64,000 nt of DNA from a bacterium (GTDB lineage Bacteria > Margulisbacteria > Marinamargulisbacteria > JABIPA01): the NCBI GenBank assembly GCA_018699495.1, contig JABIQV010000050.1, forward strand, positions 3,712-67,711. The letters are read 5' to 3'. The notes under the pieces are model-generated. The model did no database searches, was not told the origin of the DNA, and was given only the letters and a program-made list of their open reading frames with translations. Positions 63,934-64,000 of the stretch are shown in pieces. Each line of letters begins with the position of its first letter. The first letter of the stretch is position 1. A program made the position numbers and the translations under genes.

Positions 63934-64000
63934 ATGTGTGGAATAGTTGGTTATATTGGGTCAAAAGACATAGAAACAGTTTTATTAGTTGGTTTGGAAC
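63934..64000 (+). CDS. glmS: Glutamine-fructose-6-phosphate aminotransferase, N-terminal 22 codons (runs off the window)
   Basis: SD ggagga, then ATG 63934 giving MCGIVGYIGSKDIETVLLVGLE. This is the Ntn class-II amidotransferase start typical of GlmS. Confidence 0.7.
   Translation, partial: MCGIVGYIGSKDIETVLLVGLE

Noticed and set aside
1-64000. CRISPR arrays, rRNA genes, transposases, integrases and phage genes
   Set aside because: I found no regularly spaced direct repeats, no rRNA-like sequence, and no ORF with DDE, tyrosine- or serine-recombinase or phage structural motifs.

Overview
64 kb chromosomal segment from an AT-rich diderm bacterium. A TonB-dependent receptor, a lipobox lipoprotein and an LpxB-related gene support the diderm call. 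The lineage cannot be named from sequence alone. The sigma-70 is short (365 aa) with no insert between regions 1.2 and 2, and the Mrp is HCF101-type, which argues against classical Proteobacteria. I support about 58 protein-coding genes, one tRNA-Cys and one cobalamin riboswitch. I saw no rRNA, CRISPR array, transposase or integrase. Housekeeping content includes guaD, gcvT, hisC, rpoD, pcrA, manC, yajQ, an Rrf2-sufBCDSU-nfu operon, mtaB-miaB-mrp, bioA, a Na/Pi transporter, purB, fumC, tlyA, recN and the start of glmS. Candidates most worth follow-up: (1) Block 8.0-16.9 kb holds an effector-like Hanks kinase and a translationally coupled operon: orphan periplasmic binding protein, then a membrane HAMP-PP2C-RsbW-kinase fusion, then STAS. 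No sigma factor is present. A 525-aa protein with a trypsin-like GxSG motif follows, and a relic copy of its 3' end lies just downstream. (2) A B12-riboswitch operon encodes btuB, a beta-propeller lipoprotein and a half-MetH (cobalamin-binding fold without the His ligand, plus the reactivation domain). (3) An SPL-type radical-SAM gene sits in a tight operon with two unknown proteins. (4) Several intact ORFs have degenerate catalytic motifs: an ABC ATPase, FdhD, a Trx-NHL protein and a GH26-like protein. (5) Unexplained non-coding structure includes a ~91-nt nested hairpin after nfu, a 680-bp gap, a perfect 14-bp inverted repeat before bioA and a palindrome behind the suf promoter. All domain calls come from reading motifs by eye; no searches were run.
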